A stretch of DNA of 64,000 bases from Candidatus Krumholzibacteriota bacterium. Lineage in GTDB: Bacteria > Krumholzibacteriota > Krumholzibacteriia > JAJRXK01. The translations under genes were made by a program, and so were the position numbers. Of the stretch, positions 1 to 9,552 are shown one piece after another (position 1 is the stretch's first letter; every line of letters starts with the position of its first letter). Under the pieces are notes generated by a model. That model was not told the origin of the DNA. It worked only from the letters and a program-made list of their open reading frames with translations, and did not search any database. The DNA lies in NCBI GenBank assembly GCA_963764625.1, contig CAVXTH010000001.1, forward strand, positions 128,001 through 192,000, read 5' to 3'.

Positions 1-1704
1 GGGTTGAAGGGGTTGGGATAGATGCTCGTCAACGCAGCGCGGCGAGTCGAGGGTGCACCACTCTCGACTCCGGTCGCGAAGAGCTGGAAGTCGTTGTCGT
101 CGCGCAACGCGATCGCGTTGCCGCCAAATCGCACGTCGAGTAGACCGGTCGCGATCTGGGTCTCGTTCGGCAGGGGCGCGATGGAAACCGCGGTCATTGG
201 GTTGGCCCGCAGGAGGCTGTCGCTGACCGTGTCCTGCAGGTAGTAGTTGTCGGTGGCCGCGATAGTGTCGACGACCGTCGATATGAAGGTGCGGACGATC
301 ACGTCCTCCAGCGCCTCCGTGGTGTCCAGGTCGGTACTGGTGAACGCAAGGATCGGAGGAAGCGGGTTGCCGAAGCTGAGCACCTGGACCGCGTCAAACC
401 GCGGGGGGTTGATCTCGGTGCCGGTGTCAAACTCGCTGATGGTTCCGGAGATTCGCACCTTGTCACCGCGGAGGAGCACGTTGCCCCCCGAGCTCTCGTA
501 GACAAAAATCCCGCTCCAGGGACCACCTGCGGGATCTTCGATGACGTACTGGCTGCCCGGGGAGTTCAATTCGCCCGGCGCACCGGTCACGATTCCCTCC
601 ACGTTGACCAGCTGGCCCGCGTAGGTGCTCCCGTTGAAAGCGTCCACGCTGGACTGGATGTCGATGATGGAGGTGGTGCCCACGGCAACTTGCAGACTGG
701 ACGTCGGTGCGCTGCCCGGTACGGTCGTGGTCTGGGCGCTGTTGTCCGTGGCTTCGATGTAGTACTCCATCGAGGCCATCGTGGTGCCGGGAATGGTGGC
801 TTCGTAGGTGTCCCAATCGTGTTGGTCATCGCCACCGAAGTGAAGCTCCCGCTTCCGCCGTAGGCGTAGTACAGAGTGGCCGCGGTGATGCTGCCGTTAT
901 CGGTGATGGTGGCCGAAACGGTGACCGCCTCGTTCAGTTCAGGACCCCAAGGCGTGGGGGTGATGGTGTCCACCACCGGGAAGGGATCGCCCGGGTTCTT
1001 CACCAGGTCGGTCTGGTAACGCGGCTTCAGCTCGATGAGGCCGCTGAAGGGCGACAGGATTCCGGTGACCTGGAAAAGATCGCCATTGCCCATCGAGGAG
1101 GTTTCGATGCCGGTCGTCCGGTCGACGAAGACGATGAGGGTATCGCCGGAAACGTCGGTCAGACCCACCGTACCCTGACCCGTACCGTGGGCCACGGCGG
1201 AGCCTCGACCCCGGGCAGATAGGCGATGTTGCCGGTAACCGAGGCAAGCCAGCCGATCACTTCGTAGTCTGCCGCGGTCTGGGTGCCGCTACCGTCGTTG
1301 TCCACCGCTTCAGACACGGTGTAGACCTGCGGCGCAGGCACCGTCGCCAAGTCGAGGAAGGTGAGGGTGAGAACCCCGGTGGTCCCCAAGTCGATCTCGC
1401 TGCCGTTGAACGAACCGGGCTCACCGGTGACCTCGACTGAGTCACCGAACGCGAATCCGGAACTAGTGTTGAAGAAGGTGATCCCACCGGTGGGATCCTG
1501 CACGTAGGTGCCACCGCTGTTGAGAACTCCGGGTGGCATGGTGATGACGCCACGCACGGTGACGGGCGTTCCAGTCAGCGGTGAGGCCGGGGCGCCGGTG
1601 GCGTCGTAGGCCTGGATGTCATCGATGTTGGTGATTTGGGCGAATGCGGTGCCCGTAAGGCAGAGGAGCGCGCAGAGCGCGACTGCCAGCGTCGTTCGCA
1701 ACAT
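1..1704 (-). CDS. Secreted multi-OB-fold surface protein with C-terminal FlgD-Ig/T9SS-CTD-like tail; two frameshifts (~1190, ~815); 3' end runs off the window
   Basis: Signal peptide MLRTTLAVALCALLCLTGTAFA. Repeated modules 'I.DIQ...G..V.V.G..T...YV.DP.GG...GD.V...G' in ORFs 1159..1704, 587..1195 and my translation of the third frame (TYEATIPG...IIDIQSS...GQLVNVEGIVT...YVIEDPAGGPWSGIFVY), which ends at the window edge with TSIYPNPFNP. RBS AGGAGG upstream. Confidence 0.75.
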
Positions 1705-1865
1705 TCTCGTGATGCCTCCTGCGATGAATCGTATGAGCTAGACCTTGAGAGAGTGAAGCGGTGGCTTCAAACCCGCGAACTTCGAGTGAGTGGACGCCAA
1801 CACGCGGATGGACGCAAACTCCAGCCGTCGCGAACCCTGATGCGTCCCGCTGGGAAATCGAGGGC

Positions 1866-1895
1866 AGTATAGCACAAGAATTTGCCGCCACTCAA
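1866..1895 (-). promoter_or_regulatory. Putative sigma70 promoter of the OB-fold surface protein gene
   Basis: Minus strand TTGAGT-N18-TATACT with extended -10 TGn, about 160 nt upstream of ATG 1704. Confidence 0.5.
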
Positions 1896-2047
1896 ACTCG
1901 CTTCGCCCGCGCCAAGCGCCCAAGCCCGTGCCGAGCGGGGTACGACCGCGGCGTGCGCGGCGGAAAGAAAATCGTAAGCCCTGCCAGGACACCGCCTTTC
2001 AAGGTCCTACGGAACTGCTCGTCCCGCTGCGGCTCAGAGGCCTAATT

Positions 2048-2567
2048 TCACCGGAACTTCACGACAACTCCATCCGGCGGCGCCGACCCCACCCCCACGA
2101 GGCACTTCCCCCCGGGCCCGCCGCGTGCGGTGGGCGTGCGCTCCCTCAGTCGCGCGAGTCGCCACTCTGTATCGCCCTGTGCAGGCGCTCCAAGCAGAAG
2201 TGGATTCTCCCGAACCAGGAGGTCTCGCAGATTCGCGGCCTTCAAAATCAGGACGCGGCTGGTCGGAGAGGGTTTCCGCGTAGCCTTCCGCTGCCGGTCC
2301 CTCCTCGCGCGCGCGTTGCCCGAAGAGGTCTCCCTCTTCGAGGATACCCGCCACGATTTCGTGTCCGTCGGGACCGAAGCGGCAGAGGCGAACTCGCCCC
2401 GCGCGCACCAGATAGGCCAGGGCACCCTCGTCGTCGGGACCGCAGAGGATCTGTCCCCGGACGCAATCCCACGCCTCGCCCGCTTGCAGCAGCCGCCGCC
2501 ACGCGCTGTCCTTCAGTTGATGGACGAGCGGCCGGTGCTTCAACAGCCAAATCCTGCTCTGGTTCAT
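2048..2567 (-). CDS. Cyclic-nucleotide-binding (Crp/Fnr-like) protein, frameshifted (~2255); C-terminal HTH not recognisable
   Basis: MNQSRIWLLK...AYLVRAGRVRLCRFGPDGHEIVAGILEEGDLFG is a cNMP beta-barrel. It continues in another frame as SRVLILKAANLRDLLVRENP. The 3' end is uncertain. Confidence 0.6.
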
Positions 2568-2676
2568 CGCTCTCCCGGCCGCGCTCCAACCTTTCGGGCC
2601 ATTGATCCTGACCATATCTTGGGCCCCAGAGAAGGCAAGAGGCGAGTTTTCAAAGCCGTGACGGCGGAGCGTTCGC

Positions 2677-3604
2677 ATGTTTCTTCCGCTCAAGGACCAC
2701 AACCCCGCCCATATCCGGCCGTACGTCACGGTTGGACTCATCGCGCTCAACTGCTTCGTCTTCCTCATCGAGCTCGGCCACGGCCCCAGTCTGCCGTACT
2801 TCATCGCCCGCTGGGGCGCCATCCCCTACGTCTACACCCACTTTGGACAGCTCGTCGCCGTCGGAAGCAATCTGCCGCTGACGACCGGTCCCTCGCCGTT
2901 CTGGATCACCGGCTTCACCAGCATGTTTCTCCACGGCGGTTGGGCGCACCTTCTGTTCAACATGCTCTTTCTGTGGATCTTCGGGAACAACGTGGAAGAT
3001 TTTCTGGGCCATGTCCGCTACCTTGTCTTCTATCTCGTCACCGGGACTCCTCGGGCTCTTCACCCATGTTCTTCTGAACCCCGCCTCCACCCTCCCGGTG
3101 ATCGGCGCCAGCGGCGCGATCAGCGGAGTGCTGGGCGCGTACATGGTCCTCTATCCGCGCGCGCGGGTGACCACCCTGGTCTTCTTGATCTTCTTCGTCA
3201 CCTTCATCGAGGTGCCCGCGGTCGTGCTTTTGGGCTTCTGGATCTTCCTGCAGCTCTTTTCGGGCCTGGGAAGTCTGGGACACGGTGGGGGCGGCACCGC
3301 CCACTGGGCGCACGTCGGCGGGTTCGTGTCCGGCTATCTCATTCTCCGCTTCTGGTTGGCCAAGGATGCGCTGGACCAGCGGCCGCGCGGCGCCTGGGCC
3401 CCCGCGGGAGCGCCCGGCGGCGCAGCAGCGGGCGCACGAGCGAAGGCGGCTGCAGGCGAGCGGGAAGGACCAGTACCGCCGGGCTTCTCATCGCCGCGCG
3501 AGGACTACCCACCACCGCCTCCCAAGGTGGGGCATCACTTCGGCGGAGATCCCATCAGCAATTTTCTCGAGGAAGCCCAGCGCGACCGCGAGGACGACGC
3601 CTAG
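2677..3604 (+). CDS. Rhomboid family intramembrane serine protease (frameshift ~3045)
   Basis: MFLPLKDHNP start, TSMFLHGGWAHLLFNMLFLWIFGNNVED, then in the second frame GASGAISGVLGAY (catalytic Ser) and AHWAHVGGF (catalytic His). Confidence 0.9.
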
Positions 3605-3623
3605 GCGATACGCCGCGAGTGGA

Positions 3624-5054
3624 TCAGCGCTTCCGCAGAAGCCGCAGCGCCTCCTGCAATTCCCGCAGACCATTCACGCGCAGCACGGTCAAGACCACAA
3701 GCCAGGTGAGCGCGCTCGCGCTCGCCCGCACCCAGAGCGCCCGCTCCTTCAGCAGCACGGTGACCGCGATCGCAGCCGCCAGCGCCAGGAGGGCTCCCCC
3801 GGCCGAGGTCCACACCGGCACCCGGAATCCCGCCCGCCGCGCGTAGAAAAAATAGAGGGCGAGAGTCAGTCCGTAACTGACCAGGGTCGCCACCGCCGCT
3901 CCCTCGATTCCCATCCGGGGAATGAGAAGCGCGTTGAGAATCACGTTGGCCACGATGCCCAAAGCGCCGATGGGAAGGAGATCGCGCTCGCGATCGGCCG
4001 CGAAGAGCAGACGCACCATCATGTGACAGCCGGCCTGCAGAGCGATCGCCCAGGCCAGAATTCGCAGCGCTCCCACCGCGGGCGCAAACGCATCGCCCGC
4101 CATCACGCGCACGATGAGGGGCGCGAAGATCCACACCGTGATCGCCAGGGCGGAGCAGAAGACCAGGGTGACGCGCGTGCCGCCGGTGATCAAGCTGACG
4201 GCGGGCGCTTCGCCCTTCTCGCACGCCAATCGTAATTGAGGATAGACCGCGGTGGCGAGGATGCGCGGGGCGAGCACCACTACGTCGATCACCCTCACCG
4301 CCACTCCGTAATAGCCCCAATACCGCGCGTCCACCATCCGGCTCAGCATGAGAATGTCGATGCGGTGAAAGAGCAGACTCAGCACGGTAGCGCCCATCAG
4401 GGGGACCGCGGCTCGCATCAGGCGCCGCACTTCGTCGTTCTCCACTTCCCGCACCGAGAGCCGACCGAAGTTTCTTCGCAGGAAGGTGGTGCCCACCAAG
4501 GTGCGCACCAGACAGCCGAGGGCGATACCGGTGACGAAGCCCAGAATGCCCAGACCCAATAGCAGCGCGGCGGTGGCGAACACGAAGATGCTGGCCGAGG
4601 AGACCAGCATCGTCCGCGTGATGTAGTCCATGCGCTGCGCGCCCTGGAACACTGCGTCGGCGATGTCGCTGATGTTTTCCAGGAAGACGATGGTCCCCAG
4701 AATGAGAACCACCTGCAGAACCGGGGTCGGGTAATGCAGCTTCCACACTGCGAGAAGCACCAGACCGTAGGCGACGGCAGAGAGCAGACTCTTCACCGCG
4801 GCCGCGGCCGAAGCCACTCGGGTGGTGTCTCTCAGATCGTCCGCGACTTCCCGCGTGACCAGGTAGTCCAGTCCACCCCCGGCCAGCACCCGGCCGACTT
4901 CGATGAATGTATTGCCGGCAGTGTACAGACCGTATCCCGCCGCGCCGAGGATGCGCGTGGCGAACATGGTCAAAAGGATGCTGAAGAATTTCGACGCGCC
5001 GTGGGCGAGACTCAAGAATGCGGTGTTGCGCGCGATGCGCCCTCGGTCTGCCAT
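3624..5054 (-). CDS. Wzx/MOP-superfamily polysaccharide flippase
   Basis: IARNTAFL N-terminus, RILGAAGYG, ID..MLS..V...WGYYGVA, N.ILN.LLIPRMGIEGAAVAT; 12-14 hydrophobic segments. Confidence 0.88.
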   Translation of the reverse strand: MADRGRIARNTAFLSLAHGASKFFSILLTMFATRILGAAGYGLYTAGNTFIEVGRVLAGGGLDYLVTREVADDLRDTTRVASAAAAVKSLLSAVAYGLVLLAVWKLHYPTPVLQVVLILGTIVFLENISDIADAVFQGAQRMDYITRTMLVSSASIFVFATAALLLGLGILGFVTGIALGCLVRTLVGTTFLRRNFGRLSVREVENDEVRRLMRAAVPLMGATVLSLLFHRIDILMLSRMVDARYWGYYGVAVRVIDVVVLAPRILATAVYPQLRLACEKGEAPAVSLITGGTRVTLVFCSALAITVWIFAPLIVRVMAGDAFAPAVGALRILAWAIALQAGCHMMVRLLFAADRERDLLPIGALGIVANVILNALLIPRMGIEGAAVATLVSYGLTLALYFFYARRAGFRVPVWTSAGGALLALAAAIAVTVLLKERALWVRASASALTWLVVLTVLRVNGLRELQEALRLLRKR

Positions 5055-5064
5055 GGGTCCTCGT

Positions 5065-6816
5065 TCAGAAGGCCTGCCCGACCCCGATGCTCACGACCGG
5101 TGCGGATCGATGGGTTGAATACAGCACCGGCCAGGCGAAGTCTACACGGAGTGGCGCGTTGAGCGAGGCTCGATCCATGCCCAAACGAAACCCGAACCCC
5201 AGGGCCCCGCGCATGTCACTCAAAAGTAAATTGTGCTCGTCCTCGAACCAGGCGGTGCCGAAGTCGGCGAACGCCGCCAGGCCGGGCGTCACCAGGTTCC
5301 CGAAACCCGTGCGGTATACCCAACGCATCTCCATATTGGCGCGCAAGAGGCGATCACCCGCGTATTCGCTCGGCCGGGCCGAACGCAGCCCGCTGTCGAT
5401 GCCCAGAGTATAGACCGAGTTCCGGTCGAGGTTGCTGCCGGTCGCCCCCAACACCGAGCCCGCGACGCTGAAGGCGTCGGAAAAGTACTGGTTCACCCAC
5501 GCTTGCCCTTTCACCCGCATGTTGGGATCGCTACCGGCGGCCGTGTGTCCGGTGGCGGCCGCCTCGAGTCGGATCACGGTTCCCCCGTGGACGATGTTCC
5601 AGTGCTCCTGGCCGAAGAACCAGGTGCCGCTGAAACTGCTGCCCAGACCGCTGCTGATCCAGCCCAAAGCGGCCGAGACCTGATGCCCCTCGGCGATGTC
5701 CTCCCTCTGGCCCATGCGATCCAGGTAGCGCCGGGAGGCATAGTGCAGAGGCGTGCGCTCTAGGCTCATGATGGGTCCGTAAACATCGCGGTTCTCGGCG
5801 AAGTTTCCGTCGAGATCGATCGTATCCCCCGTATCCCCCGCGGGATCGTAGAGGGGAGCCTCGAGCAACGGGCTGAAGCGCTGGACTTCCACCCGAAACC
5901 CCAGGCCGAGACGCAGCACACCCTCGCCCCATTCGCCCATTTTCCGCTGCAGCTCGAAGCGTCCCTGCGAAAAGTCACCGTGCGGGCGCACGTATTGATC
6001 TCCGGCCAGGTAGTAGCGGGGGGAGGTTCCCGCGTGGCGGTACTCGGCGCGCCAGGCCCAAGGGGATTCGAGCTGAAAGAAGGGGCGGTCGAGGTGCCAG
6101 GCGAACGCCCCCCCGTCGGAGGCGTCGCTGTAATCCAGGCCACCGTCCCATCTGCCCCCCAACAGGTGGCGGTCCTTGTATCCCAGCTCCCAACTGGTGC
6201 GATCGAGGTCCTCGTTGCGCGCGAGGGAGGCCTGCCTTCCCGTCCCGAAAAGATTCGACTCCATCGCGCGGAAGGAGAGCAGAGTGGTGTTCTCGAATTT
6301 CTCGAAGCGAAAGTCGAAGTTCGTGGTCCAAACTTCCCGCGTGTGCACGTAGAGGTCGACGCTATCGGGGGACACGTGCTCGGTCTCGAGACTGACCTCC
6401 ACCAGAAAACCGGTCGCCCGCAGCTTGCGCTCGCTCTCCTCCAGAAGCGCGGGGACCGCCCGGCCGCCCTGGCGCACCAGAAGTTCGCGCTGGATGGTCT
6501 GCTGGCGCGTGTCGACGTGAACCGCGTTCACCACCCCGAGGGGCAGCCAGGGCACGCGCGCACGGTCCTTCTGGGTGAAGATGGGTTCGCGCTCGAAGAT
6601 CACCCGGCGGATGTAGGGGGCGTCGTACGTCCCCGGCGGAACTTCGTCGCCGGCGCGGACCCCCACCGGACGGGCCGAGGTTCCCCCCACCACCAGCGCC
6701 ACCAGGGCCAGCAGGCGCACCACGCCCCGCGCGCACCGGCCCACAGCCCACCCTCGTGGGCTCAGCCTCGGACGACTCGAACCTGACATATCCGTCCAAA
6801 CATCACGAGATGTCAT
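5065..6816 (-). CDS. Omp85 (BamA/TamA-like) outer-membrane protein with one POTRA domain
   Basis: TRQQTIQRELLVRQG...ESERKLRATGF (POTRA), ESNLFGTG, GLRS loop, AAFADFGTAW, GFGFRLG, LRVDFAWP, C-terminal GQAF. Confidence 0.85.
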   Translation of the reverse strand: MTSRDVWTDMSGSSRPRLSPRGWAVGRCARGVVRLLALVALVVGGTSARPVGVRAGDEVPPGTYDAPYIRRVIFEREPIFTQKDRARVPWLPLGVVNAVHVDTRQQTIQRELLVRQGGRAVPALLEESERKLRATGFLVEVSLETEHVSPDSVDLYVHTREVWTTNFDFRFEKFENTTLLSFRAMESNLFGTGRQASLARNEDLDRTSWELGYKDRHLLGGRWDGGLDYSDASDGGAFAWHLDRPFFQLESPWAWRAEYRHAGTSPRYYLAGDQYVRPHGDFSQGRFELQRKMGEWGEGVLRLGLGFRVEVQRFSPLLEAPLYDPAGDTGDTIDLDGNFAENRDVYGPIMSLERTPLHYASRRYLDRMGQREDIAEGHQVSAALGWISSGLGSSFSGTWFFGQEHWNIVHGGTVIRLEAAATGHTAAGSDPNMRVKGQAWVNQYFSDAFSVAGSVLGATGSNLDRNSVYTLGIDSGLRSARPSEYAGDRLLRANMEMRWVYRTGFGNLVTPGLAAFADFGTAWFEDEHNLLLSDMRGALGFGFRLGMDRASLNAPLRVDFAWPVLYSTHRSAPVVSIGVGQAF

Positions 6817-6893
6817 GTCACATTGACAGTACGCGGGGGTCTCCTGTCAGCTCTCAACGGTGACGCGTCGCGAGCCGTTCCCGAGTTGGAGTC

Positions 6894-6920
6894 CTAAGTG
6901 AATGTAGAATAATCCCTTAG
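6894..6920. promoter_or_regulatory. Palindromic CTAAG-N17-CTTAG site (IHF/NAP-like) in a divergent promoter region
   Basis: CTAAG tgaatgtagaataatcc CTTAG; the same geometry recurs at 26983..27009. Confidence 0.4.
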
Positions 6921-7041
6921 GAAATGGCAAGGAAAGCCTTTCCTGCTTGGCATTCGCTTTGATATGGGAGCTGGGCGAACGCAGGACGAGACCCAACTCC
7001 CTCGCCCCGAAGGCGAGAGACGAGAGGAAAGGACAGATACC

Positions 7042-7458
7042 ATGCACAGCAAGATGTTGACTCCCTTTGATGCATTCGATGCCCTCTTCGACGGCCTGGG
7101 CCGCTATTCCCTGGCGGAGGAAGGCGAGACCCTTCTGACCCCCCGGGTGGACATCCACGAGGATGAAGCCCATTTCACGGTCGAGGTCGACCTTCCCGGC
7201 ATTCAGAAAGAGGATCTCAAGGTCGAGGTCGAGAACGGCACTCTCATCATCGACGCCGAACGCAGAGTGAAGGATACGCCCGAGAGCCGCAAGGCAGTCC
7301 GGATCGAGCGCGTCGCCCGCGCCCGCTACCGCCGAACTTTTTCGTTGGGCGATGAGATCGAAGGCGATCAGATCAAGGCCGAAATGCGCGACGGCGTGTT
7401 GAGCGTGACCCTGCCCAAGCGGGAGAAGGCTCTGCCGAAGCGAATCGAAGTCCAGTAG
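7042..7458 (+). CDS. Hsp20/alpha-crystallin small heat-shock protein
   Basis: PRVDIHE...VDLPGIQKEDLKVEVENGTLII...RIER...RRTFSL...IKAEMRDGVLSVTLPK...KRIEVQ. ATG 7042 follows the purine-rich RBS GAGGAAAGGA. Confidence 0.95.
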   Translation: MHSKMLTPFDAFDALFDGLGRYSLAEEGETLLTPRVDIHEDEAHFTVEVDLPGIQKEDLKVEVENGTLIIDAERRVKDTPESRKAVRIERVARARYRRTFSLGDEIEGDQIKAEMRDGVLSVTLPKREKALPKRIEVQ

Positions 7459-7496
7459 GACCGGCTTCGGAGAAAGACGAACAAGGATCGCGGCTG

Positions 7497-7526
7497 GGGT
7501 CCACCTCCACGAGGTGGGCCCTTTTT
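7497..7526 (+). terminator. Rho-independent terminator after hsp20
   Basis: GGGTCCACCTC-CAC-GAGGTGGGCCC followed by TTTTT. Confidence 0.85.
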
Positions 7527-7642
7527 CATTCTTCCTCAAGAGGGCGCGGGCGGGTGGAACGGAGATTGCCATCGGGGGGGTAGGGATCAGTAGAACCTTC
7601 CCTGCACCCAGAGGACACCCGTCGTAGCAACGAGGAAGCTTC

Positions 7643-8182
7643 ATGACCGATAGCGCAAGCCTCTACCCCTTCCATTTTGGCGAAGTTCTCAACGTCCTGC
7701 CTGAATATGAGGAATATCGCGACGCGGAGAGTTCGTACCGTGGCGAAGCGCCCTACCGCATGGCGGTGGGACGCCATGTGAAGGAATGGGGAGAGCGGCT
7801 CTTGGATCTCTCCGAGTTCCAGGGAAACATCCTGCCCCGCCGCGACCTCCGCGTGGTCGACCACATGGTGAGCACGGTCACCGACATCTTCGGCATCTTG
7901 AATTGCGGCGGTCAAATCCGCCGCTTTCCCGTCGAGCGCGCCACCCAGGACGAGCTGCGCGCGTGCGACGCGCGCGTGCTTCGCCTCCTGGAGGAGGAGA
8001 GCGAGCTCTTGGAAGGGATGCACCGCGCCGAATGGGCGGGGGAGTGGCTGGAGCACGACGCGCGCGAGTTCTACCGGAAGATGAGGAGTCTCAAGCGCGA
8101 GTTGCTCGATCGCAATCTGCTTTTGGGTCTTCGTGGCGCGGCCAAGACGGATCGCTCGCAACCGGGGTTGGACCTGTTCTAG
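7643..8182 (+). CDS. Hypothetical helical cytoplasmic protein
   Basis: 179-aa ORF with RBS GAGGAAG that fills the gap between terminator and next gene; charged, helical composition; no motif recognised. Confidence 0.7.
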   Translation: MTDSASLYPFHFGEVLNVLPEYEEYRDAESSYRGEAPYRMAVGRHVKEWGERLLDLSEFQGNILPRRDLRVVDHMVSTVTDIFGILNCGGQIRRFPVERATQDELRACDARVLRLLEEESELLEGMHRAEWAGEWLEHDAREFYRKMRSLKRELLDRNLLLGLRGAAKTDRSQPGLDLF

Positions 8183-8240
8183 CCGGAGTGAGAATCCCGT
8201 GCTTTCCGTCCGACGGGCTTCGGTGTAGCTTTTCTCCATC

Positions 8241-9513
8241 ATGAAAGTCCCATCCATCCCGCCCAAGGCCGGCTCGGTTCTCCTTTTACTGGGCCTGATG
8301 CTCGCCGGCGGGGGCGTGTCCTCCGCCCAGAATCCATTTTTGAAAGAGCAGGCGCCCCGGATCATCAAGAAGATCCACATCACGGGCAACGCACACACCA
8401 AGGAATACGTGATCCGGCGCGAGCTCGGCTTTCAGGAAGGCGACGCCTACGACGACGACGCCCTGAATGACGCGTGGTTCCGGCTGGAGCAACTCAACTT
8501 CATCGCCTACGTCGACATCCAGATCGAGAGAGAGGCTCCCGGCGAGATCACCTTGAACATCCAGGTCGAGGAGGACAACCGCTACGATTGGCGTCCCTAC
8601 GTGCACTGGGAACGACGCTTCGACTGGATCTACGGGCTCTCGGGACAGCTGATCAACTTCCGTGGGCGAGGGGAAACTCTGTGGGCGCGGGCCTACGCGG
8701 GGCACAAGCACCACGTGTCAGCGGGCTGGCAGAATCCGTGGATTTTCGGCCGCACCCACCTGGGGGTGGGGGTGAGCGGCTACTACGAGCGCTATCGCTT
8801 CGTGTACGAACCCTTCCGCTTCCGGGACACCGGCGCATCGCTCGACCTCTGGCGCGACGTGTCCAAGAATCTCCGAGTGATGGCCGGCTATACCTACCGG
8901 GACACCAAGATCAGCGAGTTCGATTCGACAGGAGCCGAACTCGGCGCCGCCGACCCCTATCTTCGGGGCGGCGTGGAATACGACAGCCGCGATCTGCGCT
9001 ACTTTCCCAGCCATGGCGTGCACGCCAAGGCAATTGACTACCGTCGGGGGCCTCTCCGGCGAGGTCTCGAGCTATTCCTACGTGGATCTCCTCTTGGCCG
9101 GATATCAGGCGGTACCGTACCTGGGCGTGTTGGCGTCGCGGGTGAGCTATCGGGGCACCGACGACTCCCTCCCGGTGTACGAGCGCAGTTACCTGGGTGG
9201 TCCCGAAGACATCCGCGGGGTCGAGTTCTCCAGCGTACGGGGCGACGAGAACTTCCTGGCCACGATCGAGATCAGGCATCCCGTCTTCCTGGTGCCGCTG
9301 CGCGACGGCCGGGCCGTGGGGCTGGGCTTCCACGCCTTCGTCGATTGGGGCACCGCCTGGGAGGCGGCCCAGAGCATCAAGGACGCGGACATGCGCCACT
9401 CGGGAGGAATCGGCCTCCATATCAATTTGAATACCTACAATCTACGCTTCGAGTGGGCGTTCAGTGATCACGACGGCAACAGCTTCATTTTCGCCGACCA
9501 ATTTACCTTTTGA
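8241..9513 (+). CDS. Second Omp85 (BamA/TamA-like) protein with one POTRA domain (frameshift ~9033)
   Basis: Signal peptide, IHITGNAHTKEYVIRRELGF (POTRA), NFRGRG, YDSRD..YFP.HG; second frame YLGGPEDIRG, AFVDWGTAW, GIGLH, terminal F. Confidence 0.88.
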
Positions 9514-9552
9514 TCCAGACTTCCTTCCCCTCGGCCGAAAGGAGGTGCGGGC

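Noticed and set aside
6817-7041. CIRCE (HrcA) operator upstream of hsp20
   Set aside because: TTAGCACTC-N9-GAGTGCTAA is not present.
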